NCBI GenBank assembly: GCA_017557005.1
Contig: JAFZFZ010000033.1
Location: 10,730-74,729 of the forward strand
Source of the DNA: Bacteroidaceae bacterium
GTDB taxonomy: Bacteria > Bacteroidota > Bacteroidia > Bacteroidales > Bacteroidaceae
Direction: 5' to 3'
DNA length: 64,000 nt
Shown: piece after piece, positions 38,410 to 48,600 of the stretch
Layout of the letters: every line of letters starts with the position of its first letter
How positions within the stretch are numbered: position 1 is the first letter of the stretch
The notes under the pieces: model-generated
Told to the model about the DNA's origin: nothing
The model's database searches: none
What the model saw: the letters and a program-made list of their open reading frames with translations, nothing else
Translations under genes and position numbers: made by a program

Positions 38410-39798
38410 ATGATTAGTAAAATTATAGAATCACAACGCGCCTACTTCCACAGTGGCGCTACGCTTGACATCAGCTTCCGCCTTGGCATGCTGAAGAAGT
38501 TGCAGGCAGCTCTTGAAAAATGGGAGAAACCACTAACCGATGCTCTGTGGACCGATCTGCATAAGTCTTACCAAGAGGCTTATCTCACCGAATTGAGCAT
38601 TGTCAAAGGTGAAGTGAAGAATCACTTGCGCCACCTGCGCAACTGGGCTAAGCCTAAGCGTCGTCCTACGCCCATCAAGATGTTTCCCTCGAGAAGCCGT
38701 ATCGTGAGCGAACCGTTGGGTAATACGCTTATCATGGCTCCGTGGAACTATCCCGTACAGCTACTGCTCAATCCGCTCGTAGGTGCCATCTCGGCTGGCT
38801 GCACCGCAGTGCTCAAGCCCTCGCCCTACGTGCCTACCGTATCGGCTGTACTGGAGCAGATGATTACCGATACCTTCGATCCGCACTATGTAGCTATCGT
38901 GCAGGGTAACCGCGATGTAAACCAGGCATTGTTGGCTCAGCGCTTCGACCTCATCTTCTTCACGGGTAGTCCCTCGCTCGGCAAACTGGTGATGGAGGCT
39001 GCTTCGAAGTATCTCACCCCGGTCATCCTCGAATTGGGAGGTAAGAGCCCCTGTATCGTAGATCGCCAGGCTGATATCAAGACGGCAGCCAAGCGCATTG
39101 CTTGGGGCAAGACGCTCAACTCGGGTCAGACCTGCATTGCTCCCGACTACCTGCTCATCCACGAAGAGGTGAAGGAACCGTTCATTGAGGCCTTTGCAAA
39201 GGCGGTGAAGGAACTTCATGGCAGCGATATCGCCAAGAGCAAGCACTATGTGCGTATGGTCAACGACCGTGCCTTCGAACGTGTCAAGGGGTATCTTGCC
39301 GAGGGCGATATCCGCTATGGCGGACGTGCTCATGCGGCAGAGCGCTTCATTGAACCCACCCTGCTCGACACCCGCATCAACCTTGCTGACCCCACGGCCG
39401 ATGAGCAGGCTGGTGCTAAGGGAGTGCTCACCGAGGAAATCTTCGGTCCCGTATTCCCCATGCTCACCTTCAATAACCTCGATGAGGTGCAGGGCTACAT
39501 CACCCGCCGCGAGAAACCACTGGCCTTCTACTACTTTGGCAACGAGGCTGCAGGTCTTGACCTCATTCACTGCACCTCATCGGGTGGCGCCTGTATCAAC
39601 GACACCATCATGCATATAGCCAATGAGCATATTCCCTTCGGTGGCGTAGGCAACTCGGGTATGGGTGGTTATCATGGCGAGGAGAGCTTCCGCGTGTTCT
39701 CGCACCGCCGCTCGGTAGTGCTCACGGGTACATGGATAGACCTTCCCTTCCGCTATATGCCCTACCGTATGTTTGGTTTGGTGAAGAAGATTGTATGA
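38410..39798 (+). CDS. NAD(P)+-dependent aldehyde dehydrogenase (class 3-like)
   Basis: 'FTGSPSLGK', 'ELGGKSP', catalytic Cys in 'SGQTCIAPDY', and 'EEIFGPV'. Confidence 0.9.
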   Translation: MISKIIESQRAYFHSGATLDISFRLGMLKKLQAALEKWEKPLTDALWTDLHKSYQEAYLTELSIVKGEVKNHLRHLRNWAKPKRRPTPIKMFPSRSRIVSEPLGNTLIMAPWNYPVQLLLNPLVGAISAGCTAVLKPSPYVPTVSAVLEQMITDTFDPHYVAIVQGNRDVNQALLAQRFDLIFFTGSPSLGKLVMEAASKYLTPVILELGGKSPCIVDRQADIKTAAKRIAWGKTLNSGQTCIAPDYLLIHEEVKEPFIEAFAKAVKELHGSDIAKSKHYVRMVNDRAFERVKGYLAEGDIRYGGRAHAAERFIEPTLLDTRINLADPTADEQAGAKGVLTEEIFGPVFPMLTFNNLDEVQGYITRREKPLAFYYFGNEAAGLDLIHCTSSGGACINDTIMHIANEHIPFGGVGNSGMGGYHGEESFRVFSHRRSVVLTGTWIDLPFRYMPYRMFGLVKKIV

Positions 39799-39823
39799 TC
39801 GTTTTTCAAGACTAACGGATAGG

Positions 39824-39866
39824 AAGAGCCATGCTATGATAGTGTGGCTCTTTTCTGTTTTTTAAG
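39824..39866 (+). terminator. Rho-independent terminator after the aldehyde dehydrogenase gene
   Basis: The stem AAGAGCCA/TGGCTCTT is followed by TTCTGTTTTTT. Confidence 0.65.
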
Positions 39867-39962
39867 AATAGGGTGGAGCAGGAAAAGGCTATAAAGCCTA
39901 TTTTAATTGAAATATGGCCTGCAAAAACTCAAACAAGTTTTGGATTTTCGCTCAGCAAACAC

Positions 39963-39970
39963 TAAATTTG
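39963..39970 (+). promoter_or_regulatory. -7 box TAAATTTG for hisA-hisF-hisIE
   Basis: Exact consensus match 20 nt upstream of the hisA ATG. Confidence 0.5.
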
Positions 39971-39989
39971 CCACTTCATTTATGTAATT

Positions 39990-40712
39990 ATGATAAACAT
40001 AATCCCAGCCATTGATATAATAGATGGCAAATGTGTGCGCCTGACCAAGGGCGACTATAATCAAAAGAAAGAGTATAGCGCATCTCCACTTGACATGGCA
40101 TTGCGCTATCAAGATATAGGTATTAGACGACTGCACTTGGTGGACCTTGATGGAGCCAAGAGTAGCAGCCCCAAGAATCTGCGTGTGTTGGAGGAGATCG
40201 CTACACGCACATCGCTGGATATAGAATGGGGTGGAGGCATAAAAAGTGATGAGGCTTTGCGTGATGCTTTCAATGCAGGTGCTAACCACTTGATTGTAGG
40301 TAGTGTTGCTGTGGCCAACTCGGACTTGTTTGCCCGCTGGCTCGATAACTTTGGCGGTGATCACCTGATCCTGGGTGCCGATGTGGCAGATGGACGGGTG
40401 GCTATCAATGGATGGTTGGAGCAATCGGAACTGACCATTGAAGCACTCATTGATCGTTTCCGCCCCCATGGCTTGCGTGAGGTCATTTGTACCGACATCG
40501 CTAAGGATGGCATGTTGCAGGGACCTACGTTTGAACTTTATTCGCAGTTGCAGAATGCTTACCCTGCGCAGGATATTATTGTGAGCGGGGGAATCAGTTG
40601 CATGGATGATATATACAGGCTCGATGAGATGCAGTTGCGTCATGTAATCGTAGGTAAGGCAATCTATGAGGGACGCATCGCATTGGAGGATATTGCGGCT
40701 GTATATAAATGA
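39990..40712 (+). CDS. hisA: ProFAR isomerase
   Basis: 'IIPAIDIIDGKCVRL', 'LHLVDLDGA' and 'VIVGKAIYEG'; 240 aa. Confidence 0.92.
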   Translation: MINIIPAIDIIDGKCVRLTKGDYNQKKEYSASPLDMALRYQDIGIRRLHLVDLDGAKSSSPKNLRVLEEIATRTSLDIEWGGGIKSDEALRDAFNAGANHLIVGSVAVANSDLFARWLDNFGGDHLILGADVADGRVAINGWLEQSELTIEALIDRFRPHGLREVICTDIAKDGMLQGPTFELYSQLQNAYPAQDIIVSGGISCMDDIYRLDEMQLRHVIVGKAIYEGRIALEDIAAVYK

Positions 40713-40733
40713 TAGGTAAAAAGAAGATAGTGT

Positions 40734-41489
40734 ATGTTAGCTAAGCGTATAATCCCTTGTCTCGACGTGAAGGATGGTCGTACAGTCAAGGGTATCAATT
40801 TCGAGGGGTTGCGTGATGTGGGCGATGCCGTTGCCTTAGGTAGTAAGTATGCACGGGAGGGAGCCGATGAATTGGTGTACCTTGACATCAGTGCTACGCA
40901 AGAGGGACGCAATACCTTTACGCATCTTGTGAGCCGCATTGCTGCAGAGATTGATATCCCCTTTACAGTGGGGGGCGGTATCAGTACCATTGACGATGCT
41001 AGTCGCTTGCTTGATGCTGGTGCCGACAAGATAAGCATTAACAGCGCGGCTATACGCCGTCCCGAACTTATCGATGAGATAGCTTCGAAATATGGCTCGC
41101 AATTTGTGGTTATTGCTATCGATGCTCGCCTTACCGATGGACGCTGGCTTGCAACAACGCATGGAGGCAAGCGCAATACCGATAAGGAACTGTTTGCTTG
41201 GGCACACGAAGCACAGGAGCGTGGTGCGGGTGAACTCCTTTTCACTTCGATGAACCATGATGGTACGCGTCAGGGATATCCTTGTGATACGTTTGCTCGA
41301 TTGGCTGAGCATTTGCGTATACCTATCATCGCTTCGGGCGGTGCAGGTAGCATCAATGATATCGCCGATGTACTCACCCATGGACGTGCCGATGCCGCAT
41401 TGGCTGCTAGTATCTTCCACTATGGTGAGATACCTATCCCGGTACTAAAGCAGGCACTGGCTGAGAGAGGTATAGCGGTGAGAAGATAA
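40734..41489 (+). CDS. hisF: Imidazole glycerol phosphate synthase, cyclase subunit
   Basis: 'KRIIPCLDVKDGRTVKG', 'GADELVYLDI' and 'IASGGAG'; 251 aa. Confidence 0.93.
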   Translation: MLAKRIIPCLDVKDGRTVKGINFEGLRDVGDAVALGSKYAREGADELVYLDISATQEGRNTFTHLVSRIAAEIDIPFTVGGGISTIDDASRLLDAGADKISINSAAIRRPELIDEIASKYGSQFVVIAIDARLTDGRWLATTHGGKRNTDKELFAWAHEAQERGAGELLFTSMNHDGTRQGYPCDTFARLAEHLRIPIIASGGAGSINDIADVLTHGRADAALAASIFHYGEIPIPVLKQALAERGIAVRR

Positions 41490-41542
41490 AAATCGTAAAT
41501 CAAACAATTTATATACTAACGACGAAACTAAAACAACAGAAT

Positions 41543-42142
41543 ATGACATTTCAAGATTTTAATCTCAGTAAAACAGCCGATGGATTGCTTCCCGCCATTA
41601 TTCAAGATGCCGATAGCCTCAAGGTGTTGATGCTCGGATATATGAACGAAGAGGCTTTCGATAAGAGTCTGGCCGAGGGACGTGTGACTTTTTATAGCCG
41701 TACACGTCAAGAGTTGTGGACCAAGGGTGAAACCAGTGGCAACTTTCTGCATATCGTAAATATGTATAAGGATTGCGATGGCGACACACTACTCATCATG
41801 GCACGTCCTGATGGACCCACTTGTCATCGCGGTACGACTGCATGTTTTGATACTCGCGACAATGAGGGCTTTCTCGGAACACTTGAAGCGTGTATCAAAG
41901 ATCGTCATGCCAAGATGCCCGAGGGCTCGTATACGACATATCTCTTCAATAAGGGTGTAAATAAAATTGCTCAGAAGGTGGGCGAAGAGGCTGTGGAAAC
42001 TGTTATCGAGGCTATTGATGGCAATCGGGAGCGCTATCTCTACGAAGCTGGCGATTTGCTCTATCATCTTCTCGTGCTGACAGAGCAGATGGGCTGTTCG
42101 CTTTCAGATCTTGAAGATGAATTGGCAAAGAGACATAAATAA
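41543..42142 (+). CDS. hisI: Bifunctional phosphoribosyl-AMP cyclohydrolase / phosphoribosyl-ATP pyrophosphatase
   Basis: 'LLPAIIQD', 'SRTRQELWTKGETSGN' and 'CDGDTLL' (HisI), followed by 'KIAQKVGEEAVE...LLYHLLVL' (HisE). Confidence 0.92.
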   Translation: MTFQDFNLSKTADGLLPAIIQDADSLKVLMLGYMNEEAFDKSLAEGRVTFYSRTRQELWTKGETSGNFLHIVNMYKDCDGDTLLIMARPDGPTCHRGTTACFDTRDNEGFLGTLEACIKDRHAKMPEGSYTTYLFNKGVNKIAQKVGEEAVETVIEAIDGNRERYLYEAGDLLYHLLVLTEQMGCSLSDLEDELAKRHK

Positions 42143-42156
42143 GAGTAACGGATAAT

Positions 42157-42186
42157 AAGGAAGGAGGCTGCGAGGCCTCCTTCCTT
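42157..42186. terminator. Bidirectional terminator hairpin between hisIE and the guanylyltransferase gene
   Basis: A 12-bp stem AAGGAAGGAGGC/GCCTCCTTCCTT. Confidence 0.6.
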
Positions 42187-42204
42187 AGTTTAATGTGTAT
42201 ACTA

Positions 42205-43563
42205 TTATTCTACATATTGACTCCAATCCCAATCGAAGCGCTCGATATCCTCTTCGATGAGCGGATGTCCGGCTTGTACTTCAATAAAGGTGAGCTCGGT
42301 GAGTGCCTTGATGGCATGGTAGTGTTCTACGGGTATCACTACAGTGTCTCCAGCCTTTACTTTGCGCATCACTCCGTTGAGGACAAAAAGTCCCTCGCCT
42401 TCTACGAATGTCCACACTTCTGAACGGTGGTGGTGTATCTGGTATGAGATGTGTTTGCCTGGCTTCAGTGTGATACTTTTGGTAAGCGCATGTTCGCCTG
42501 TAGCATAACAAGTATCGTCGAGTACACGATAGGTTCCCCAACGACGTTCCTCATACATCGGACGATGATTGAGTGGCTCCACATAGCGTTTGATGTGTTC
42601 AGAGTCTCCTTTACGGCAAACCAATATACCATCATGACCAGCTATTACTACGGCATCACTTATGCCATCGCATACGACAGGCAGTCCCAGTTCATTGATT
42701 ATGGTTGTGTTTTTAGTTTCGGCGCCCATGACGACATTTCCCATCACTGTTACGGGAAGTTCTTTTGTCAATGCCTCCCATGTGCCGAGATCTTTCCATT
42801 GCCCTTCGTAAAGTACCATGGCGGCAGAGGTGGCTTTCTCGGCTACCTCGTAGTCGAAGCTTGTCTTAGGCAATTCAGCATATCTCCTGCATACTTCAGG
42901 ATAACTAGTGGTTTGAATATATTTGCCGAGGAGATCGATGATATACCCTAAACGAAACACAAATACGCCACTGTTCCATAATGCCTGCTTTGCGAGTAAC
43001 TCCTTTGCCTTTTTCTTATGAGGTTTTTCTACAAATTGTTGCACCAGACGATACGTACTGTTAGGTTCATTGCTCATGGCAGGAACAATGTATCCGTATT
43101 TTGTAGAAGGGTTTGTTGGCACAATACCCATCATCACCAATTCGGTCACATCATCTTCAATAAGCGATACCATAGTGCGCACGCTATCAAAATAGGCATT
43201 CTCGGTATATGCATCACAAGGCATCGCCACCACCACCTCGTCGCGGCTGCAGCCACGTTCCATGGCGAGGTGCGCTGCGGCCAATGCTATAGCGGGGAAG
43301 GTGTCGCGATTTTCAGGCTCCGTCACCATCTTGACATTGGCATCAAGTTGGCTTTCTATAGAGTCGCGCTGGGTAGCACAAGCGACAATTGTTATTGAGG
43401 ATGCCAATTCAGCTTCGTTTATTTGGCGCACCACACGCTGCACCATGGACTCTTTTTGTCCATCGGGGCGGTGTAAGAGTTGTAGAAACTGTTTCAGACG
43501 TGTACCATTTGATAATGGCCACAACCGTTTGCCTGATCCTCCTGAAAGTAAGACTATTTCCAT
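42205..43563 (-). CDS. Mannose-1-phosphate guanylyltransferase with a C-terminal cupin (type II PMI-like) domain
   Basis: 'MEIVLLSGGSGKRLWPLS' nucleotidyltransferase motif and a C-terminal cupin 'HHHRSEVWTFVEGEG'. The ORF-track N-terminal extension to 43947 overlaps the fucI promoter and start, so I reject it. Confidence 0.85.
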   Translation of the reverse strand: MEIVLLSGGSGKRLWPLSNGTRLKQFLQLLHRPDGQKESMVQRVVRQINEAELASSITIVACATQRDSIESQLDANVKMVTEPENRDTFPAIALAAAHLAMERGCSRDEVVVAMPCDAYTENAYFDSVRTMVSLIEDDVTELVMMGIVPTNPSTKYGYIVPAMSNEPNSTYRLVQQFVEKPHKKKAKELLAKQALWNSGVFVFRLGYIIDLLGKYIQTTSYPEVCRRYAELPKTSFDYEVAEKATSAAMVLYEGQWKDLGTWEALTKELPVTVMGNVVMGAETKNTTIINELGLPVVCDGISDAVVIAGHDGILVCRKGDSEHIKRYVEPLNHRPMYEERRWGTYRVLDDTCYATGEHALTKSITLKPGKHISYQIHHHRSEVWTFVEGEGLFVLNGVMRKVKAGDTVVIPVEHYHAIKALTELTFIEVQAGHPLIEEDIERFDWDWSQYVE

Positions 43564-43737
43564 TCTGTTACAATTATTTATGATTGGCCTACTATAATGT
43601 CTTATTAAACAAAACAAAAGATTCAGCAGCCAATAATCAATACAAAGTAACACTTTTTTAAGTGTATTTCCTAATTTTTTTAGTTTTTTTGATTGTTTAT
43701 TCGTATCTTCGCACCACAACATTTTACTATTTTTACC

Positions 43738-45513
43738 ATGAATCAATATCCTAAAATTGGTATACGCCCCACGATTGATGGTCGTCAAGGTGGTGTGCGT
43801 GAAAGTCTCGAAGAGAAGACTATGGCATTGGCCCACGCTGTGGCTGAGTTGATAACATCGAATTTGCGTAATCCTGACGGTTCGCCCGTACAGTGTGTCA
43901 TTGCAGATGGTACCATTGGTCGTGTAGCAGAAACGGCTGCTTGCCAAAGCAAGTTTGAACGTGAGGGCGTAGGTGCTACCATCAGCGTCACCTCATGCTG
44001 GTGCTATGGATCAGAAACCATGGATATGCACCCCTATTGGCCCAAGGCTGTATGGGGATTCAATGGAACCGAGCGCCCCGGAGCAGTGTACTTGGCTGCC
44101 GTGCTTGCCGCTCATGCGCAGAAAGGACTCCCTGCCTTTGGTATCTATGGACATGATGTGCAAGACCTATCCGATAATACAATCCCCGCTGATGTGGCCG
44201 AAAAGATTCTTCGCTGGGCACGTGCCGCTCAGGCCGTGGCAACGATGCGTGGCAAGAGCTACCTCTCGGTAGGAAGCCAGTGCATGGGTATCGCAGGTAG
44301 TATCGTTGATCAGAACTTCTTCCAGGAATACCTCGGCATGCGTAATGAAAGCGTGGATGAGACAGAAATTCTCCGTCGTATGGACGAGGGTATATACGAT
44401 CACGAGGAGTATGCCAAGGCGATGGCATGGACCGAAAAGTATTGTAAGGTTAATGAGGGTTGGGATAAGAACCGTCCCGAGAAACAGAAAGACCGTGCCG
44501 GAAAGGATGCCGATTGGGAATTTGTGGTAAAGATGACATTGATCATTCGCGACCTGATGTTGGGTAATCCTCGTCTGCGCGAGTTGGGATTCAAGGAGGA
44601 GGCCATCGGACACAATGCTATTGCTGCGGGATTCCAAGGCCAGCGTCAGTGGACCGACTGGAAACCCAATGGTGACTTTACTGAGGCACTTCTCTGTAGT
44701 ACCTTTGACTGGAACGGCATACGCGAGGCTTATGTGCTCGCTACGGAGAACGATGCTTGCAATGGCGTGGCTATGCTCTTCGGTAAGTTGCTCACTGGTT
44801 GTGGACAGATGTTCTCTGATGTGCGCACCTATTGGAGCCCCGAGGCTGTGAAGCGCGTTACAGGTCACGAACTGACGGGCTTGGCAGCAGGTGGTATGAT
44901 ACATCTCATCAATTCGGGTGCTACAACTCTTGATGCTACCGGAGCGGCAACCAATGCTGCGGGCGAACCATGCATGAAACCTGCTTGGGATATGACTGAT
45001 GCTGATGCCGAGGCATGCTTGAAGGCTACCAGCTGGCCCCCTGCTGATCGTGACTACTTCCGTGGAGGTGGTTTCTCTAGCCATTTCCTCTCTAAGGGCG
45101 GTATGCCTGTCACAATGAGTCGCCTCAACCTCGTCAAGGGTCTTGGTCCCGTGTTGCAGATTGCAGAGGGATGGACAGCCGATGTGGCTCCCGAAATACA
45201 TGATGTGCTCAATATGCGTACCGACCCCACCTGGCCCACCACCTGGTTTGTGCCCCGCTTGGACGAGTCGAAGGCTCCGTTCAAGGATGTGTACTCTGTA
45301 ATGAACCATTGGGGAGCCAACCATGGAGCTATCAGCTACGGTCACATTGGCGCCGACCTCATCACCTTGGCTTCTATGCTGCGTATTCCGGTATGTATGC
45401 ATAACGTACCTGAAGATCAGATATTCCGTCCTGCAGCTTGGAATGCCTATGGCATGGATCGCGAGGGTGCTGATTATCGTGCTTGCGCTACCTATGGTCC
45501 CATCTATAAGTAA
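43738..45513 (+). CDS. fucI: L-fucose isomerase
   Basis: 591 aa beginning '[25 protein letters not shown]', the typical FucI N-terminus and length. Confidence 0.92.
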   Translation: MNQYPKIGIRPTIDGRQGGVRESLEEKTMALAHAVAELITSNLRNPDGSPVQCVIADGTIGRVAETAACQSKFEREGVGATISVTSCWCYGSETMDMHPYWPKAVWGFNGTERPGAVYLAAVLAAHAQKGLPAFGIYGHDVQDLSDNTIPADVAEKILRWARAAQAVATMRGKSYLSVGSQCMGIAGSIVDQNFFQEYLGMRNESVDETEILRRMDEGIYDHEEYAKAMAWTEKYCKVNEGWDKNRPEKQKDRAGKDADWEFVVKMTLIIRDLMLGNPRLRELGFKEEAIGHNAIAAGFQGQRQWTDWKPNGDFTEALLCSTFDWNGIREAYVLATENDACNGVAMLFGKLLTGCGQMFSDVRTYWSPEAVKRVTGHELTGLAAGGMIHLINSGATTLDATGAATNAAGEPCMKPAWDMTDADAEACLKATSWPPADRDYFRGGGFSSHFLSKGGMPVTMSRLNLVKGLGPVLQIAEGWTADVAPEIHDVLNMRTDPTWPTTWFVPRLDESKAPFKDVYSVMNHWGANHGAISYGHIGADLITLASMLRIPVCMHNVPEDQIFRPAAWNAYGMDREGADYRACATYGPIYK

Positions 45514-45682
45514 ATCTATCATTTAGGAATACGATCGATAGTAATGACAGTCCAGCGTTAAGTTGGGCTGTCATTCTTTTTGTGTTTCAGGGTAATAATA
45601 TATGCTGTAGGATTTAGGGTAAAAGGAATCGGCATATGCCGATGACATATGCCGATTCTTAATGTTTACCTAATCAAATAGG

Positions 45683-48600
45683 TTATTTTACCAAAACTTT
45701 CATCACGTCAAATGTGCCATCGGCGCGAACGATACGGAAGATATTGATGCCTTGTTGCGGTGAGCTGATGCGAATACCGTCAAGTGTGTATATCTCAGTA
45801 GCGATCACTGCGGCCTCGGCCTCTTCTACCATCTCGATTCCTTCACCATTGTCAGTGTCCTTTCCAAGGTAGTAGAGGTTCCACTTGCCAACTACTTCAT
45901 AGTCGTTGCCGAGGATTTCGGTTTTCTCAAGTCCGATACGTGCTTTGCCGTCGGCTCCTACAAAGAACTGTAACTTGTTGAGGTAGTGGCCCTGGTTGAA
46001 GAACTCAACGGTGGGCGAGGTGCCGTCAGGTGCATACTTGCCATTGGGCAATGTGTAGCACTTCACACCATAGTCGGTGTCTGAAGCATCTTCGTAGAGG
46101 TTCATCACCTTAGTCTCGTACTTCTTGTCGGTAGTGGCTGCATAGAGTGTGGTGTGGTGTGTCTCCTCACCATTCTCCTTGCGTGCCCACTCCTCGTCAT
46201 AGTAGCCTGCACGATAATAGGTGTGTACAGTCACTTCATATTTTCCTTCGGGCAGACCTACGAGATCTTGGTAGAGAGTGATGGCAGCACGGTTGTAGCT
46301 CACGGTGTTCTGCTTGTAACCATTCATAGCGCTGGTGGTCCAACCCTCGATGATGCCTGTAGCCTTATCTCCCTTCTCGGGATCGAAGTCGTTGTTGATG
46401 ATGAGTGTACTCATATCTACAGGCTCGGGCTCACCTTCAACCTCGCCAAGATAGTAGAGATGCCATTCACCTACCACTTCATAGTCGTTTCCGAGGATTT
46501 CGGTCTTCTCGAGACCAACTCGTGCCTTACCATCTTCGCCTACTACGAACTCCAATTCGTTGAGGTAGTGTCCTTGGTTGAAGAACTCAACGGTGGGCGA
46601 GGTGCCGTCAGGTGCAAACTTGCCATTGGGCAAAGTGTAGCACTTCACACCATAGTCGGTGTCTGAAGCATCTTCGTAGAGGTTCATCACCTTAGTCTCG
46701 TATTTCTTGTCGGTAGTGGCTGCATAGAGTGTGGTATGGTGTGTCTCCTCACCGTTCTCCATGCGCGCCCATTCCTCGTCGTAGTAGCCTGCACGATAAT
46801 AGGTGTTGACAGTAACCTTGTACTTACCAGCGGGCAGACCTACGAGGTCTTGGTAGAGAGTGATGGCTGCGCGGTTGTAGCTCACGGTGTTCTGCTTGTA
46901 ACCGTTCATTGCACTGGTGGTCCAACCCTCGATGACACCTGTAGCCTTGTCGCCCTTCTCGGGATCGAAGTTGGGGTTCACCATGAGTGAGGTTACGTCA
47001 ACTGGAGCGGGTTCGGCAGCACCGAGATAGAAGAGGTTCCACTCGCCTACTACTTCATAGTCGTTGCCGAGGATTTCTGTCTTCTCAAGTCCGATACGTG
47101 CTTTGCCATCTTCGCCTACTACGAACTGCAATTTGTTGAGGTAGTGTCCTTGGTTGAAGAACTCAACGGTGGGCGAGGTGCCGTCAGGTGCAAACTTGCC
47201 ATTAGGCAGTGTGTAACACTTCACACCGTAGTCGTTGTCTGAGGCGTCTTCATAGAGGTTCATAACCTTGGTTTCATATTTTTCGTCAGTTGTAGTCACA
47301 TAGAGTGTGGTGTGGTGTGTTTCCTCGCCATTCTCCTTGCGTGTCCACTCTTCGTCATAGTAACCGGCGCGGTAGTAGGTGTGTACGGTCACTTCGTACT
47401 TACCCGGTGTGAGACCTACGAGGTCTTGGTAGAGGGTGATGGCTGCGCGGTTGTAGCTCACGGTGTTTTGCTTGTAGCCGTTCATGGCACTGGTGGTCCA
47501 ACCTTCGATAACACCTGTACCCTTATCGCCCTTTTCGGGGTCGAAGTTGGGGTTGATGATGTATGAAGTTACATCTACGGGCTCGTCTCCACCACCATTG
47601 ATGTCGGGTATCTTCATGTCTACTACTGCAAGATTGATTTCGTCAATCATGGCGATAGCCTCAGCGGTAGAGTAGGTTGCTGCTTCGTAGGCTGCAGAAG
47701 CTGCTTCATAGATTTGTTCGGCCTTTTTGATAGCTGCGTCTGATGCTGTGGCAGAGAAATCGTAGATGGTGTTTTGGAGGTTTGCGAGTGCAGCATTTAG
47801 TTTTACATAAACGTCGGTACCGCTGATAACATCTTCCATTGCTTGCTTGAGGGCGATAAGCGCATCGTAGCGTGCCTCTTCGTCTGCTGCAGATGCGGCA
47901 TCTATGGCCTCTTGCAAACTGTTGAGTTCGGGCTGACCTGCCTTATTGGTAAGAAGTGCGTTAGCCTCCGGGAGTGTATTGCTAATCACTTCGCCCAGGA
48001 TCTCGGCGTTCTTAGCGCGGAAAACAAGTTTGGCATTGCTCCACCATGCGCGGCTGCCGTCGTCGTAGCGGAGGTCGTTTCGGATACCTACACGCAATGT
48101 GCCGTCGGTAACGAGGCCATATACGGTTTGCTCATAACGACCATTGCTGAATGCTTGGTGAGCACTGGCTGTACTGTTGGGTACGTATCCATATTGGCTG
48201 TGGTGGTAGTCGTCGGCATGGGCTGACTCTTGGCTGGGATCGGCAAGGATTGAATTGAGCAATTTGTCGTAATTGTTGATATAGGTATATGCCTTATAAG
48301 CCTCTTCGCCAGTGAGTATGCCGAAGTCTGCAGCCTTATAGCAAGCGTTGATTGTGAATTCATACAAACCATTTTGTACGCCTTCGAGTGTCTGGTGTAC
48401 GTCGAATACCATGTTGGGACCTTCTCCGACAGGAATACCATTGGTGGGGAAGGTTACACCGGGTTGGTAGGTCCATCCACCCTCTTCGGCAAACAAGGGG
48501 TTCTTCAACAGGTTGGTGCAGTCGGTGCCATCAACCATGCTGTTAGCAATCGCATCAGAAAGCATCTTTTCGAGTTTGGCAATCTCTGCTATGATCTGCT

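Noticed and set aside
42205-43947. The ORF track gives long N-terminal extensions for several genes: 42205-43947, 57303-58904, 22529-23890, 43693-45513 and 34734-37238.
   Set aside because: The extensions run through divergent promoters or neighbouring genes and lack homology-like motifs. Internal ATGs give canonical N-termini ([34 protein letters not shown]..., [19 protein letters not shown] signal peptide) and sit at the right distance from TAnnTTTG boxes.
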